A DNA stretch of 64,000 bases from Felis catus (Eukaryota): positions 18,726,001 through 18,790,000 of the forward strand of contig NC_058368.1 of the NCBI RefSeq assembly GCF_018350175.1. Direction: 5' to 3'. The translations under genes and the position numbers were made by a program. Positions 36,976 to 49,369 of this stretch are shown in pieces. The notes below the pieces were generated by a model that did no database searches, was not told the origin of the DNA, and saw only the letters and a list, made by a program, of their open reading frames with translations. Position 1 is the stretch's first letter, and the number at the start of each line of letters is the position of its first letter.

Positions 36976-37459
36976 AAAATCACTTCTGCGTACATTATTA
37001 CAGGGTGGGAGGTAAATTTTCTGATATCTATTAGTTTTCCAAGTGATAGGTCATCAAGTATCTTGGATTTGATCACATAGTCCATGAGTGAGGGTGCTCA
37101 AGCCAGAATTAGAGTCTCCATACCAGAACTGCTTAGCTCATTAGACAGTATTTCCCCAGTAGCTAAAAAGAAGAGGAGAAAAGAAAAAGGAAAAAAAAAA
37201 AAAAAACCTGTCTGTTAATGACAAAGGAGGTATGATCTTTAAGATGATCTCCAGGACCTGATAGCAAATATCCCATTAAAAGAAGACTGGATTCTCAATT
37301 TAGCTTTCTTTTCTTTCTTTTTTAATCTATGAGTTATATCTTCTAAGGCAACAATAGCATCTTTGTTTAGGGGGGAAATATCTAGTTTATTTATATGGTT
37401 TGATACTTATCTGGAGAGGATAGAAGTAGAGGGTAGTCAAGGTTCACTGGTATCATGAA

Positions 37460-37659
37460 TTTCTCTTTTTTTTTCCTTATGTTTATTTATTTATTTTGAG
37501 AGGGGGGAAAGGGACAGAGAGAGAGAGGGAGAGAGAGAATCCCAAGCAGGCTCCACACTGTCAGCCCAATGCAGGGCTCTATCTCATGAACCATGAAATC
37601 AGATCCTGAGCCCAAATCAAGAGTCTGACGCTTAACCAACTGGGCCACGCAGGTGCCCC
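37460..37659 (-). mobile_element. Can-SINE
   Basis: About 21-bp degenerate TSD aaggttca...tatcatgaa. Confidence 0.94.
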
Positions 37660-37689
37660 AAGGTTCATTAATATCATGAAATCAGGGGA

Positions 37690-37930
37690 ACAGAATGATT
37701 GAGAGTTAGGCTTTCAAGCATGAAAATATGGGTCCCTTTCCCAGCACAGCCACTTGTGCACTGTGCGAACACACACTAGTTATTTATCCCTTCATTGTCT
37801 CAGCGTCCTCACCTATGGAATGGAGCTAAGGATACCTGACCCACTGCGTGGTAATGATTAAATGAGCTAATGAATGCACAATGCAAAGCAGACAGTCTGG
37901 TGCGTGTCTGAGAGATGAAAGAGGTTATTT
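37690..37930 (+). mobile_element. MIR
   Basis: gtctcagcgtcctcacctatggaatgg...gattaaatgagctaatgaatg. Confidence 0.75.
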
Positions 37931-37965
37931 ATCAAATGTGATGATGAATTTAAACATGTTCTAGA

Positions 37966-38172
37966 GGGGCACCTGGGTGACTCAGTCAGTTGAGTGTTCG
38001 ACTCTTGATTTCAGCTCAGGTCATGACCTCATCGTCACTGAGATCAAACCCCACATCAAGCTCCCCACTAGGCATGGAGCCTGCTTAAGATTCTCTCTCT
38101 CCCTGCCTAAGAGTCTCTCTTTCCGTCTCTGTTTACCCCTCCTCGACCTGCACTCACCCTCTCTCAAAATTT

Positions 38173-38208
<36 letters not shown>
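37966..38208 (+). mobile_element. Can-SINE with (CA)n in its tail
   Basis: Degenerate TSD ttaaaca..ttc.aga encloses both the SINE and the microsatellite. Confidence 0.92.
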
Positions 38209-38209
<1 letters not shown>

Positions 38210-40534
38210 TAAACACATTCCAGAAACAGCCAGCACGATGGTCATCTTTGTGAGCCACACAGCAAATTGTATAGCATAAGTATTAACTTCTAACCATAAA
38301 AGTAATCCCACTAACTAGTTTAAGAAGGAGGTAAGAGCAAAGATGGGTCCGTTTGCCTGGATATTTGTAGTTGGATGCTCTGTGCTCGGGTTGGTTGTTT
38401 CTTAGGAGCTGGCCCACAACCCCACTGAATAAGAGGCTTAAAACCAGACTAGGCTTACTTCTGCTACTTTAATTTCAAAGTTCATAAAGCCAACATTATG
38501 GCCTGATGATAGCCCCTGTCACATCAACTATAACTCTCTATGGAACTTCCATTTGCTTATCTGGCCCTTTGTTTTATTTCCAAACAAGGGAGTCACGTCA
38601 CCTAGTCTTGTTGACCACCACACAGAACAGCCCGTACCTCATAACGTAAGAATGTTCTGCCCTATTGGTACAAGCCATTAAAGTTTAAAGCACAGAATAG
38701 CATTCATGTCTCCAGCTTTGGAAGAAGATAAAGCACTGACTTCATGGCCATTTGTTTCAGAATTTACTCATATTACAGCCCTGAAAACATTCCACTGTTT
38801 TGGCCCAACTGGCTTTCTGGAAGGAGGAGTGCACGCTTTTACAGCAGAACCACTGTGTAAATTCTCAGGGTTAACCGAAGTACACTCTGGCTTTGGCAAG
38901 ATTCCCAACAGCTGGTGCTATGGCCCCCAGATTAAGGGCCAGTACTGTGTCAGCCATCCTCACCATCCGTGTGGCAGTGGACCAGTTTGGAAGGAGCCAC
39001 TGGAGGGTTTCTCGCTTAATAGATAGCCGCAAGATTAGTAACAGAGAGTCGTAACCTTTACTGAATGGTCCAAGTACTTCTACTCATCCAGAGACCCATG
39101 AGGCAGCCGACCTCGATGTGCTGAAAAGCTGAGTGAAGGGATAATAGATTTGTTATGAGACAGAAGGTCTTGGAGCTCACAATTAACTTGCTCCAAACAT
39201 TCATCTTTGTTCCCAGTCCAAAATTCATTCACATAATTCAGCCAACACCAGCTTCCAGAGAATTAACAAGTAGCTGCCAGTCCCTGCTAGGTCATTCTTT
39301 GTCAGAACATAATTCTATAAGCCCCCTATTAAATTTACAAAACCTGGGTGGGGGGACAGTGTCTTCTGTGCCCTTACATTTTAGTTCCTAGCCCTGGCGA
39401 GCAGCACACTCACATAGATATTGGTGGACTGAGTTGAATAAAGGTAAGCGACATACCCCAGGGCTTGGTTTTCTGATGAATCCCGGAGCTTTTGAGGAAT
39501 GACCTTATGGCTCCAGTCACACCATGACCTAGAGACAAATATTCCGCTTCACAAACACACACCCCCTTCCCTCACCCTAGGCCCTCTTGTTTCCCCAAAC
39601 CAGAAGTCAAGTGCTAGGATGCAGGTTGTCTGGAATGTACCTCCCTGGAACTCCCAGCATATGGTTGACTCAATGAGTAAAACTCAGACATTGACTACCA
39701 CTATCTACCATCAGATAATATCTTTTTCCTCCCACTGGCCGACTGGATTTTGAACCTGAAATACCCTTAGAAGGATATTTTCATTTCAGTTCCTAATCTG
39801 GCTGCAGGCTCAGCCAGGCAGGCAGGCAGGCAGGATACAAGGGTCACCACACATTCCTCCTGGCTTCGGGAGGCAAAGTACAGGCCTCTCATCATCAGGA
39901 GCTTGCCAGCCAGCATCCACCCATCACAACAACATCCATCTCTCTAAAGGCCTTACTCACCAGCCAACTTCCTCTTAAGCCTATTATTGTGAGGTACTCA
40001 GTTCTCCCTTGTTCCTGTGGCGGTGGGGGGGGGGGAAGGAAGGGGGGGTGGCGGGGGGGGGAGGTGTGGGAGGGGGGCGACGTTGGTGGCTATTTTCTAC
40101 ATGTGACAACATTGTGCTTCATTTTCTATGTTCTGGCACCTAGCTACATGACCTGGTTTGCCACTCTCTCTTCAGCAGGGTGCTTTAAGAATTTCTTTCC
40201 CGGATGTGCCTTCCAAACACCGGTCCCCAATTTGGGGCAGCAGATAGAGATTTCATGTCAAAGGCATTCCACTACTGAAAGGCAAGTGTCCCCCTGCTCT
40301 CCACGGACTCCTCAAATGTGGAGTAGGCAGAACGGGAAGAAAGCTAGAACGGGATCCTCTGGAGCAAGGGCCCAGGGCAGAAAGCCCATCTTGCTGGAGT
40401 CTGGGATGACATTAGATTCATTCCTCTTCGTTAATTAGACTGCCAAGAATCCAAGGGTGTATCCATTACTTGTTTTCAATGAGTTTATCTTCCTAATGTG
40501 TTGTTGTTTTTAACCCTAATTTGAAATTTTTTGT

Positions 40535-41157
40535 TATCGTTGCATATGCTGCATCATCACGTACATACTCAATAGAACTATTTTGATGAGGCATTGATGA
40601 GAATTGAATGCTCAGCTTAAAATTTTACATATCTGATAATTGGAATAATTTATCACAGGATAGCTTCTGGTTCCTTCCATTCCAAACCTTGATTATTTTC
40701 TATTACCCACATATTTCTAGCGCCGTGCCTTAGAGCCTATCCACATTGAATATCAGCTCAGTCATGGCACTGGTTGAGTCACTACAATGGGCATTGGCAG
40801 TATTTCTGGAAACCACTCCTAAATAAAAGTGGCTAGAGATATTTAACTGTACACAGAAGTGACTGGGAACCTCATAAGTAAACCCCTCTAACCTGAACTA
40901 AATGTTTGTCTAACTCCACTTCCCTTAGTCTGGTCCCCAAATGCCTGCCGCCACCAATTCAACAAGTATAATGGAGAGAAGTCACACTGGAAAGAGGCAG
41001 TGGTCTTAACTAACTATAGTTAATTTATCTTAGGTGTACAAATTTTACAAAAACTTATGACTACATGAATGCACACTTTCCTAGGGCCATCACACAGCTG
41101 TGAAAGTAAAGGGCTCTGAAGCTGAGGCTTGATTATCTTTATGTGAATCCACTCCGG
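40535..41157 (-). mobile_element. hAT-Tip100 fragment (Zaphod/MER115-like)
   Basis: gggctctgaagctgaggctt..., aaattttacaaaaacttatgac, ggaaagaggcagtggtcttaac match the recalled reverse consensus. Confidence 0.75.
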
Positions 41158-42789
41158 CACCAACAAATCACAACAGACGCTGGGCATGAACAACCAGCTC
41201 CATCATTTGGCACATGCTGGATGAATGAGCATCCCTGAAGGCTGACTACTGACGTTCACCAATATCTATAGTTGATAAATGCTCATAAAGACCAGATTCT
41301 CATTCGAACTTGTTACAAGTTCTGTTTCACCATCCTTTTCGTTGGTTAAACAGTTTGTTCTCACCTTCCTTTAAACTCTCATTTTCTGTATTCCTGGTCT
41401 CTTTCATTTTTTATGATCTTGCAGCTTGATCTGATCATAGCAGACGTTTAAAAATATGTATTGTGTTAGAGGGCTTTACAAAGGCAGGATCACAGAACAA
41501 CCTATCTCCAAATGGGGACCTAAGAGTAGCTTCGGGTAAAAGGCAAAACGTGTAGATCATGCAAAGGAAGGTATTAAGCAAAACATTGATGACCCCAGCC
41601 AACCAAGCCATAGAGAATCCATTTACCAACCCATTTCCCACCCACAAATTGGGTCAGGAGCCAGACGTAAGGGTCTGTTCATTGGGTTTTTCCTGCACTG
41701 GAATGTAAGCGTGTTGAGAGCAGGGACTTCTCTCTTCACCTCATGTGTTCAGCATAGTACAAGTACAAGAAGCACGATCAACGGTGAATGGACGCACAGG
41801 CAAGAAATGGTTCTATTTTGTTGGTGGTTAGGAGCCACTGGAAACTTTGGCAAGTTGATTCTGGCAAAGATGAAGCAGAGGAAATCAGATCAGAGAAATT
41901 CTGGAAGAGTATTGTTTACTAAGGAAACTCATTGTGGATGCATGCTGCAGGATGTAGGGAGAGGGGGGAAGGGAAGTGCAGCTGTAAACAGGGCCGAACA
42001 TCTGGGTTTTGTTTTATACAAGAAAGTATCCAAAAAGAGGGGCTAGAACCCAAAGTAGGGAACGGAGCTGGGGAGCAGGAGGCAGGAAAGAGAGGCATCA
42101 AAATGAGGGCTGCCATAAACCCAGTGACTTAATGGGTCTGTATGAGGTGGGTCCCAGATCATTTCACATGAGCTTCTTGGCCCCTCATAGGAAAACGTTT
42201 ACCTCACGGGCCATAACACCAACACAGTGAATGAATTTCCTGATGAAAAGGAGTGACTTCACAAGAGAGACTCTTCCACCTTCCCCTGGAAGGGGAAGTT
42301 AAGGTTGTCAGAGACACAAGGTGATGGGAGAGAAAGCAACACATAGCACTTACAGATGGCAATGACAGAACTGGGATGCTTGACAAGGCACTGACAGGTC
42401 ACGAGAGGCATTCTGGCTCAGCCATTTAATTAACGCGACACACTTTCTTTTACACTTTCCTCTAATCACAAATCATCCATTATTTTCTTCAGGGTTCTCC
42501 AGGATTGCCATCCTCCCATTTCCCTTGAGGTTTCCTAAACTGGACAAAATTATTGAATGGGTTGGAACCATGCTGGTGATCAGTGAGCGAAGATACAACC
42601 TAATTGACTCCATTTTGAATCTGTAGTTGCATCTGATCTTTTCCTGCCCTTCTACTCCAAAGGTCACAATAGTCCTTCCTTAGATGGGTGCATATTTTAC
42701 CTAAGGGAATACTCTGGGGTTATAACCTTTTGATTTCATCTTAATTAACTGCATTCCCTTCCCTAATTGACTAGGACTTTATTGAGAGA

Positions 42790-43010
42790 TTTTTGTTTTT
42801 TGTTTTTTGTTTTTTTTACTTTTGAGAGAGAGAAAGAGAGAGTGAGAGAACTCAAGCAGGGGAGGGGAAGAGAGAGAAGGGGACAGAGGATCCAAAGTGG
42901 GCTCAGTGATGACAGCAGAGAGCCCGATGTGGGGCTCGAACTCAAGAACAGCAGGATCATGACCTGAGCCAAAGTCTGCCGCTTAACCGACTGAGCCACC
43001 CAGGCGCCCC
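42790..43010 (-). mobile_element. Can-SINE
   Basis: Reverse SINE ending ccaggcgcccc; degenerate TSD aggact...ttgag. Confidence 0.95.
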
Positions 43011-44059
43011 AGGACTACGTTGAGTTTTTATGTAACTCTCCAAGGTGCCAGCTAACACAGTGTCACACACAAATTGAACGTCCACACTAAACACTTATTC
43101 AGGTACAAGAACCAGAAAGAAGGATCCTCATTTCCTCTTAAATTAGCTCTTTCCACTTTTTTTCTTGATGCCTATTTGATTCTTTGACCTCAACACAAAG
43201 TGAACACAAATCTAGAAAGAGTGAGAGAGAAAGAGCAGTTCATTCTGGAAGCAAAAGACAGAGCCTTTTCTATTTCATTAGCTGACAGTAAATCCTGAAA
43301 TGCCATTGCCATGTTGCCTGGCAACGTAGGAAATATTGTTCCGATTAAACAAAAACTATCTGGAGTAAATTCACATTGAAATGGCTGACAAGTATTATAT
43401 CATTCTGCATTCCACCATTAATACATTAGCAGCAGACACTTTGGGACAGTTCACTCCCAAGAAAACAAAAACAAATATATTGACATCACCAAGAGGCAGT
43501 CTGGGGACCAGGAAGAACAAAGTCCCAAGCAAGACTTAGAACCTTTGGGGGACTCAGTTTTTTTTTTTCATCTGCAAAAAGAACGAGGGGAATTAAGAGA
43601 CTCTGACATTTTGCGATTCGAAAGTAACAGTAAAAATGGAGAGCAAAGTACCTGTCACCTTTTAGAACTGCAACATTTATTATACTTGTGTGGGCCACGA
43701 ACAGTGATACACAGACTTGAAGAGTGAAAATCATCCATCTTAACTTTAAATAAAATCCACAGTGGGGATTTGTTGGTTTCCTATAGGCTATTGATACCCT
43801 TATTATTATAAGAAACTTCCTTAATTTAGGAAGGCAGATGTTCAGCTTACGAAGACTGCTCATCTCATTAAGACAAAAATACCTCCTAGAAATTTCTTGA
43901 AGACTATTATAGTGAGAAACCCCGGAGTCAAGGCACTCTGGCAAAAATTAAAGCAACTTGTCTGTGGATATCATAAGTGAATAGATTATAAAGCTATTCA
44001 TAAAGAGAAGCTGAGGCTGAAAACAGTAAGCTGCAGCAACAAAGCTTTAAAGAGTATAA

Positions 44060-44280
44060 CACGGCAGTTAAGAAACAAAGACTCTGGGTTCAAATTCTAG
44101 CCCTGTTACTTACGGTTCGGCTGCTATTTAAACTCTCCACGTCTCAGTTTATCCATCCATACGTAGGTATAAAGGTAATAACACACCTCTCTTATGGTTA
44201 TTGCAGGAATCAAATGGGTTACCAATGTCATTTGTAACATGACAAATGCAGCTGACATGTGTGGCTGACACGTAGTTAGC
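44060..44280 (+). mobile_element. MIR
   Basis: ctgggttcaaattctagccctgttacttac. Confidence 0.75.
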
Positions 44281-44314
44281 TGCCTTTGTTATTTCTGGCA
44301 CGAGCCAGTGAACT

Positions 44315-44530
44315 GTTCATAGGAGTGCTAGAGTCAGATGGGCCTGGACTGAAAGCCCCACACCACTGGTTGTCAGACATGGTCCTTTGGGTAAGCTCCT
44401 TAACCTCTCTAAGCGTCAACTGCTTCATCTACAAAACGGGAATGATCCTAACCCATTTCTTGGAGCTTTTGTGAGGATTCGGTGACATGATGCTTGTGAC
44501 AGGCACAGCACAACGCAGCTGCATTCAACC
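44315..44530 (+). mobile_element. MIR
   Basis: gagtcagatgggcctgg...ttaacctctctaagc...catctacaaaacggg. Confidence 0.75.
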
Positions 44531-44627
44531 ATGAATCCCTACAGTCCAGGATTCACCAAGAAATTTCTCTGCGCTTCCTTTAGCTTCTCATTGTTGTTTT
44601 TTCCACGTCATAAAAAATAACGACGGA

Positions 44628-45064
44628 CAGCAGTCCCCTCTTATCTGTGGTTTCAGTTTCTGCACTTGCAGATCCCCACAGTCAACCGCGGTCAAAGAGT
44701 AGTGACCTGAATCTATGTCACAATGCCTACACTGATCATCTCAGTGTGTGATCATCTCATCACAGAGGCATTTTATCATCTCACATTATCACAAGAAGAA
44801 GGATGAATAGAGTACAATAAGATTTGTTGAAAGAGACCACATATTCACACAGCTCTTATTACATTATATTGTTATAATTGTTCTATTTAATTAGTAGTTA
44901 GTGCTGTTAACCTCTTACTGTGCCTAATTGATAAATGAAACTTCATCATAGGTATGTACATATAGGAGAAAACATAGTATATATAGGGTCTGGTCTTATC
45001 CACCATTTAGGGCATCCACTGTGTGTCTTTGAACATATCCTCAATAGATAAGGCAGAACTATAG
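44628..45064 (+). mobile_element. MER44/Tigger7-like TcMar MITE
   Basis: TIRs cagcagtcccctcttatc / gataaggcagaactatag; internal gtcaaccgcggtc. Confidence 0.85.
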
Positions 45065-45066
45065 TA

Positions 45067-46460
45067 TGCTCAGACAATTCAATGAGGAAAAAATCTCAAC
45101 AAATAGCTGGTGAGAAAACTGAATATCTACATGTAAAAAGAAGAAGAAGAAGAAGAAGAAGAAGAAGAAGAAGAAGAAGAAGGTGGACCCCTTGCTCACA
45201 CCATATACAGAAATTAACTTAAAATGGATTAAAGACCTAAATATAAGAGAATATTATTAAACTCTTGGAAAAAAAAAACATAGGTATAAATCTTCGTGGC
45301 CTTGGATTAGGCAATGGTTTCTTAGCTATGACACCAAAAGCACAAGCAATAACAATAAAAAAAAATAGATAAATAGGATATCATCAAAATCAACAACTTC
45401 TGCCCTTGAGCTGACACCATCAAGAAGGTGAAAATACAACCCACAGATGGAAGAAAATACTTGCAACTCATATATCTGATAAGGAAATTGTATCCAAAGT
45501 ACATAAAGAACTTCTATAATTCAATAATAAAAAGGCAAATAACCCAATTAATAAATGAGCCAAGAACCTGAAGAAACATTTCCCCAGAGGAAATATGCAA
45601 AAGGTCAATGAGCACATGACGAGATGTTCAACATCCCTAGCCATCAGGGAAATGCAAATCAAAACCACAATGAGACATCATTTTACACCCACTAGGATCA
45701 ATAATATAATTAAAAAGGTAGAAACAACAAGTGTTGGTGAGGATGTAGAGAAATCAGAGATGTCATCTATACTACTAGTGGGAATATAATATGCCACAGC
45801 CACTTTTGAAAAACATCCGGCAGTTTCTCAAAGGGTTAAACATAGAGTTACCATATGTCCCAGTAATTCTACTCCTAGGTATATATACCTGAAAGAAATG
45901 AAAACTAAAACTTGTATGCTAATGATCACAGCAACATTATTCATAACTGCCAAAAAGTGGAAATGAATGTCCATCAATGGATGAATGGTGAAATAAAATG
46001 TGTCATATCCATATAATAGAACAGTGTTTGACTCTAAAAAGAAATGAAGTACTGATAAATTCTACTGGAACAAAGTTGAACACCTTGAAAGAAGCCAGTC
46101 ACAGAAGACCACTGGTTGTATATGTGGATTCCACATATAAGAAAAGTCCAGAATGGTGATGGGTCCATTAGCAATAGAAAAGTGAACAGTGGTTTCCTAG
46201 GGGCGGAGGTGTGGAGGAAAGTGGTTAGGGAGAAATGGGGAGTACCCATTAATGCTAATAGGTAGTCCTGTCTACCAGGAAGAACATTTTTGGATGGTGA
46301 AACGTTCCAGAATTGATTGTGGTGATGGCTACACAACTGAATATACTAAAAACCAAATTGTGAGTATACTAAAAACTGAATTTTACACTTTAAATAGGGG
46401 AACTACATGGTGTGTAAATGGTATCTCAATAAAGCTGTTACGAAAAATAATAATGAAAAT
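45067..46460 (+). mobile_element. L1MB-like ORF2 end plus 3' UTR
   Basis: ORF 45595-45789 gives an L1 ORF2 remnant (RCSTSLAIREMQIKTTMRHH); ends atctcaataaagctgtt. Confidence 0.9.
45138..45182. repeat. (AAG)15 microsatellite
   Basis: Perfect triplet run. Confidence 0.97.
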
Positions 46461-46947
46461 TTCACAAGCCTCCTCAGCTTAGAAGATTAATTCTGTAGAA
46501 CTTCAGATGGCCCCAGACTCATGTTCCAACAGAACAGTAGAGGCCCACAGTGGAACTGTCTAGATAGCCCCAGGGATAGACAGCAGCTGAAAGAGACTCC
46601 AGGGCCAGTTGCTGAATGCATGTGAATTCCCTATACCCCTTCCTTTCTTCAGTTTCACAGCTGGAGATTCTGTACAGATGCAGACAAGCAGAGCAATGCC
46701 CGTCTTCCCCCCCAACAAAACAGAACTGGGTCACGCCACAAATGAGGAGTTCGTTTTCCTTGCTCACACCCAATCACGAGTCCCGTCTACCTAGAAGAAC
46801 CCTCAAAAAAGGCCACAAGGTAGACTATGTTTTGGAGAATGGTGTCCCAAGGAGTTGGGATTCAGGAAGCCAGAGAATGAGCCCACTGATCAACAGTGTG
46901 CAAATTGGGAAGATTCCGGTGGTGTGGTATTTGAAGATTTGCCTCAA

Positions 46948-47148
46948 GGGTCACCTGGGTGGCTCAGTCGGTTGAGTGCCGACTTTGGCTCAGGTCATGA
47001 TCTCATAATCCATGAGTTCAAGCCCTGCATCGGGCTCTGTGCTGACAGCTCAGATCCTGGAGCCTGCTTCGGATCCTGTGTCTCCCTCTCTCTCTCTGCC
47101 CCTCCCCCCCTTCTCTCGCTCTCAAAAATAAAAAAATAAACATAAAAA
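46948..47148 (+). mobile_element. Can-SINE
   Basis: 17-bp TSD ttgaagat(t/c)tgc(c/t)tcaa. Confidence 0.96.
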
Positions 47149-47364
47149 TTGAAGATCTGCTTCAAAAAGAAGTCCTGAAGCTTTAAGTTTTTTCAATAAA
47201 ACACACTGTTTTCACACAGTATTGTCACAAATTCCTCCTAAGCCCTAGTGGTTAGTTAAATTTTTTGGTGCGTGAGAAATGTGGGGAAAGACCTTGCAAG
47301 TTATACTGCAGCAGAAAACTACAGACTCATACAGAAATGGAAATTTTTTAAAAATCTTTCCACT

Positions 47365-47553
47365 CTTTTCTTTTTAATGTTTATTTATTTTTGAGAGGAA
47401 GAGTGTGAGCGGGGGAGGGGCAGAGAAAGAAGGGGACAGAGGATCTGAAGCTGGCTCTTCCCTGACAACAGTGAGCCTGATGTGAGGCTCGATCTCAGAG
47501 CCATGAGGTCATGCCATGAGCTGAAGTCAGACGCTCAACCTACTGAGCCGCCC
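47365..47553 (-). mobile_element. Can-SINE (older)
   Basis: Reverse SINE body with a decayed head. Confidence 0.9.
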
Positions 47554-48023
47554 ATCTACCTCCTCCCTTCTGTTTTATTTTTCCTTGATTTAGTCTTATT
47601 TCTTCTCCTTTCTTCCTTTGCCCTTTTTCCCTCTTCTTCCCTCCCATTCCTTTGCTCTCCCTTCTTTGGTCACCAGAATTTTCAATAAGAAGCTGGTGAG
47701 CATGTCAGAACACGCGCTTTGCTCTATCTTTACGCTGGTACCTTCCACGACACCTCACAAGAAACGAGCTCAAAGATAATCCTGGTTATTGGAGTTAAAT
47801 GCTGCTGTACAGTGATTGCTAGGCAGACAGGTTGAGCCCAACCTCTATGGGTATATGCTGTCTCCTTGGTTTTTGAAGCAGGAGAGATGTATCCTAGACC
47901 CCCGGCCCAGATATCTGGCTGGTGGTTTTCCAGACCAATATTCTTCATATTCATACTTCTATTCTTTCTCAGGGTTCTTCTCTGAAAACACATGAAGGCA
48001 TTTCATTCTGCTAGGTCTGAGTC

Positions 48024-48480
48024 TGTAGCAGGCCGTATTTTTCCAAAGATGGCCACACCATCTATCCTTATATGTTCTATCCTTATAATGTGATGTTGAC
48101 ACTTCCCAATAAGAGATGGGGTCTGTGTTCCATCCCCTTGAGCCTAAGTGGACCTTTGTAACAATTCTACCAGTAGAGTATGGCTATGTGACTTCTGAGG
48201 CTAGGCCACCAAAGGCAATGTCACTTTCATCTGGCTCTCTTTCTCCTGGGACAAATGCGTTGGTATGCATGAGCCACCATATAAGAAATCTGGCCCTCCA
48301 AAGCTGCTGTGATGGAGAGACAAAGACAGCGTAGGCTCTACAACATGAATGAGTGAGCCTTCAAATGATTCCAGCCTCCAACCTTCAAACCACCCTATTC
48401 AACACAAAGTGAAACAGAAAGGAGCGATCCTTGTGCAGACTGAGGATTGTGAGCAAAACAAATGTTCTTGTTTTTTAAGC
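48024..48480 (+). mobile_element. MaLR solo LTR (MLT1F/G-like)
   Basis: tgtagcaggccgtatttttccaaagatggcc...gtgacttctgaggctagg...atgattccagcc. Confidence 0.8.
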
Positions 48481-48729
48481 AGGCAAGTTTTCTTTATGGA
48501 GCCTCCTGGCACAGAATGTGTTACTATGGTGCCTCCCCCCTCTGTTACCCTTAGGCAGAAGCTGTCCCCCAGGGCTTCGATAGATCAGAGAGAAGGTTAA
48601 GTTGGCTCCTCTGAAATGCATCCAAGGTGGCATCCGAAGGACTAGACATCTTCCTCCTAGATGTCTCCAGCCAAAGGTGCCTTCTGCCCACAACATGGAA
48701 AGGGCCAGATCGTATTCACGGCCTTTTCT

Positions 48730-49100
48730 ATAAAGGCAAAGCCAACCACAGTGGATGAATTTTCGAAACATACTGCTGAATTAAAAATATATATAAGGAG
48801 AAAGAATACATACAGTATGACATCATCTTTATACAGCTCAAAACCAACAAAACAAAATAACATTTTATGGATATTAACAGCTAGGTTAAAATTCTGAGAA
48901 AAAGGCAAGAAAATAGTCAACGCGAAAAAATGCAGAGCAGGGATGAGATCAGGCGCATGGGTGTGATTGTAAGTGAGTAAGTGGTAAGTGATAGGTTCAA
49001 GGGTGTTTATTTGACTATGATGTTTCATAACTTACATATACATTACCTATGTTCCTGTGTGTGTGTGCGTGCACGTGTGTAAAATACTGCATAACAAAAG
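48730..49100 (+). mobile_element. Old L1ME-like 3' fragment
   Basis: agaatacatacagtatgacatcatctttatacagctcaaaacc. Confidence 0.6.
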
Positions 49101-49145
49101 AACATGATTATAAAATGGATGTTCAGTTAATAAATGTTTCCCATT

Positions 49146-49350
49146 TTACTTTTGTAATCTTTTAAATTTTATTTTGAGAGAGAGAGAGCTCGAGCGAGAA
49201 GGGAGAGGGGCAGAGAGAGAGAGAGAGAGAGAGAGAAAATGCCAAGCAGGCTCCACACTCAGCACAGAGCCCAACTTGGGGCTTGATCTCACAACTGTGA
49301 GCAGAAATCAAGAGTATGATGCTCAGCCAACTGAGCCACCCAGGTGTCCC
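49146..49350 (-). mobile_element. Can-SINE
   Basis: TSD taaatgtttcc. Confidence 0.93.
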
Positions 49351-49369
49351 TAAATGTTTCCAATTTTAA

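Noticed and set aside
36558..37165. Strong acceptor-like tracts (plus 36620, minus 37162) and long near-open frames after removing the SINE
   Set aside because: Stops in every frame and no recognisable protein; cannot support a pseudogene call without tblastn.
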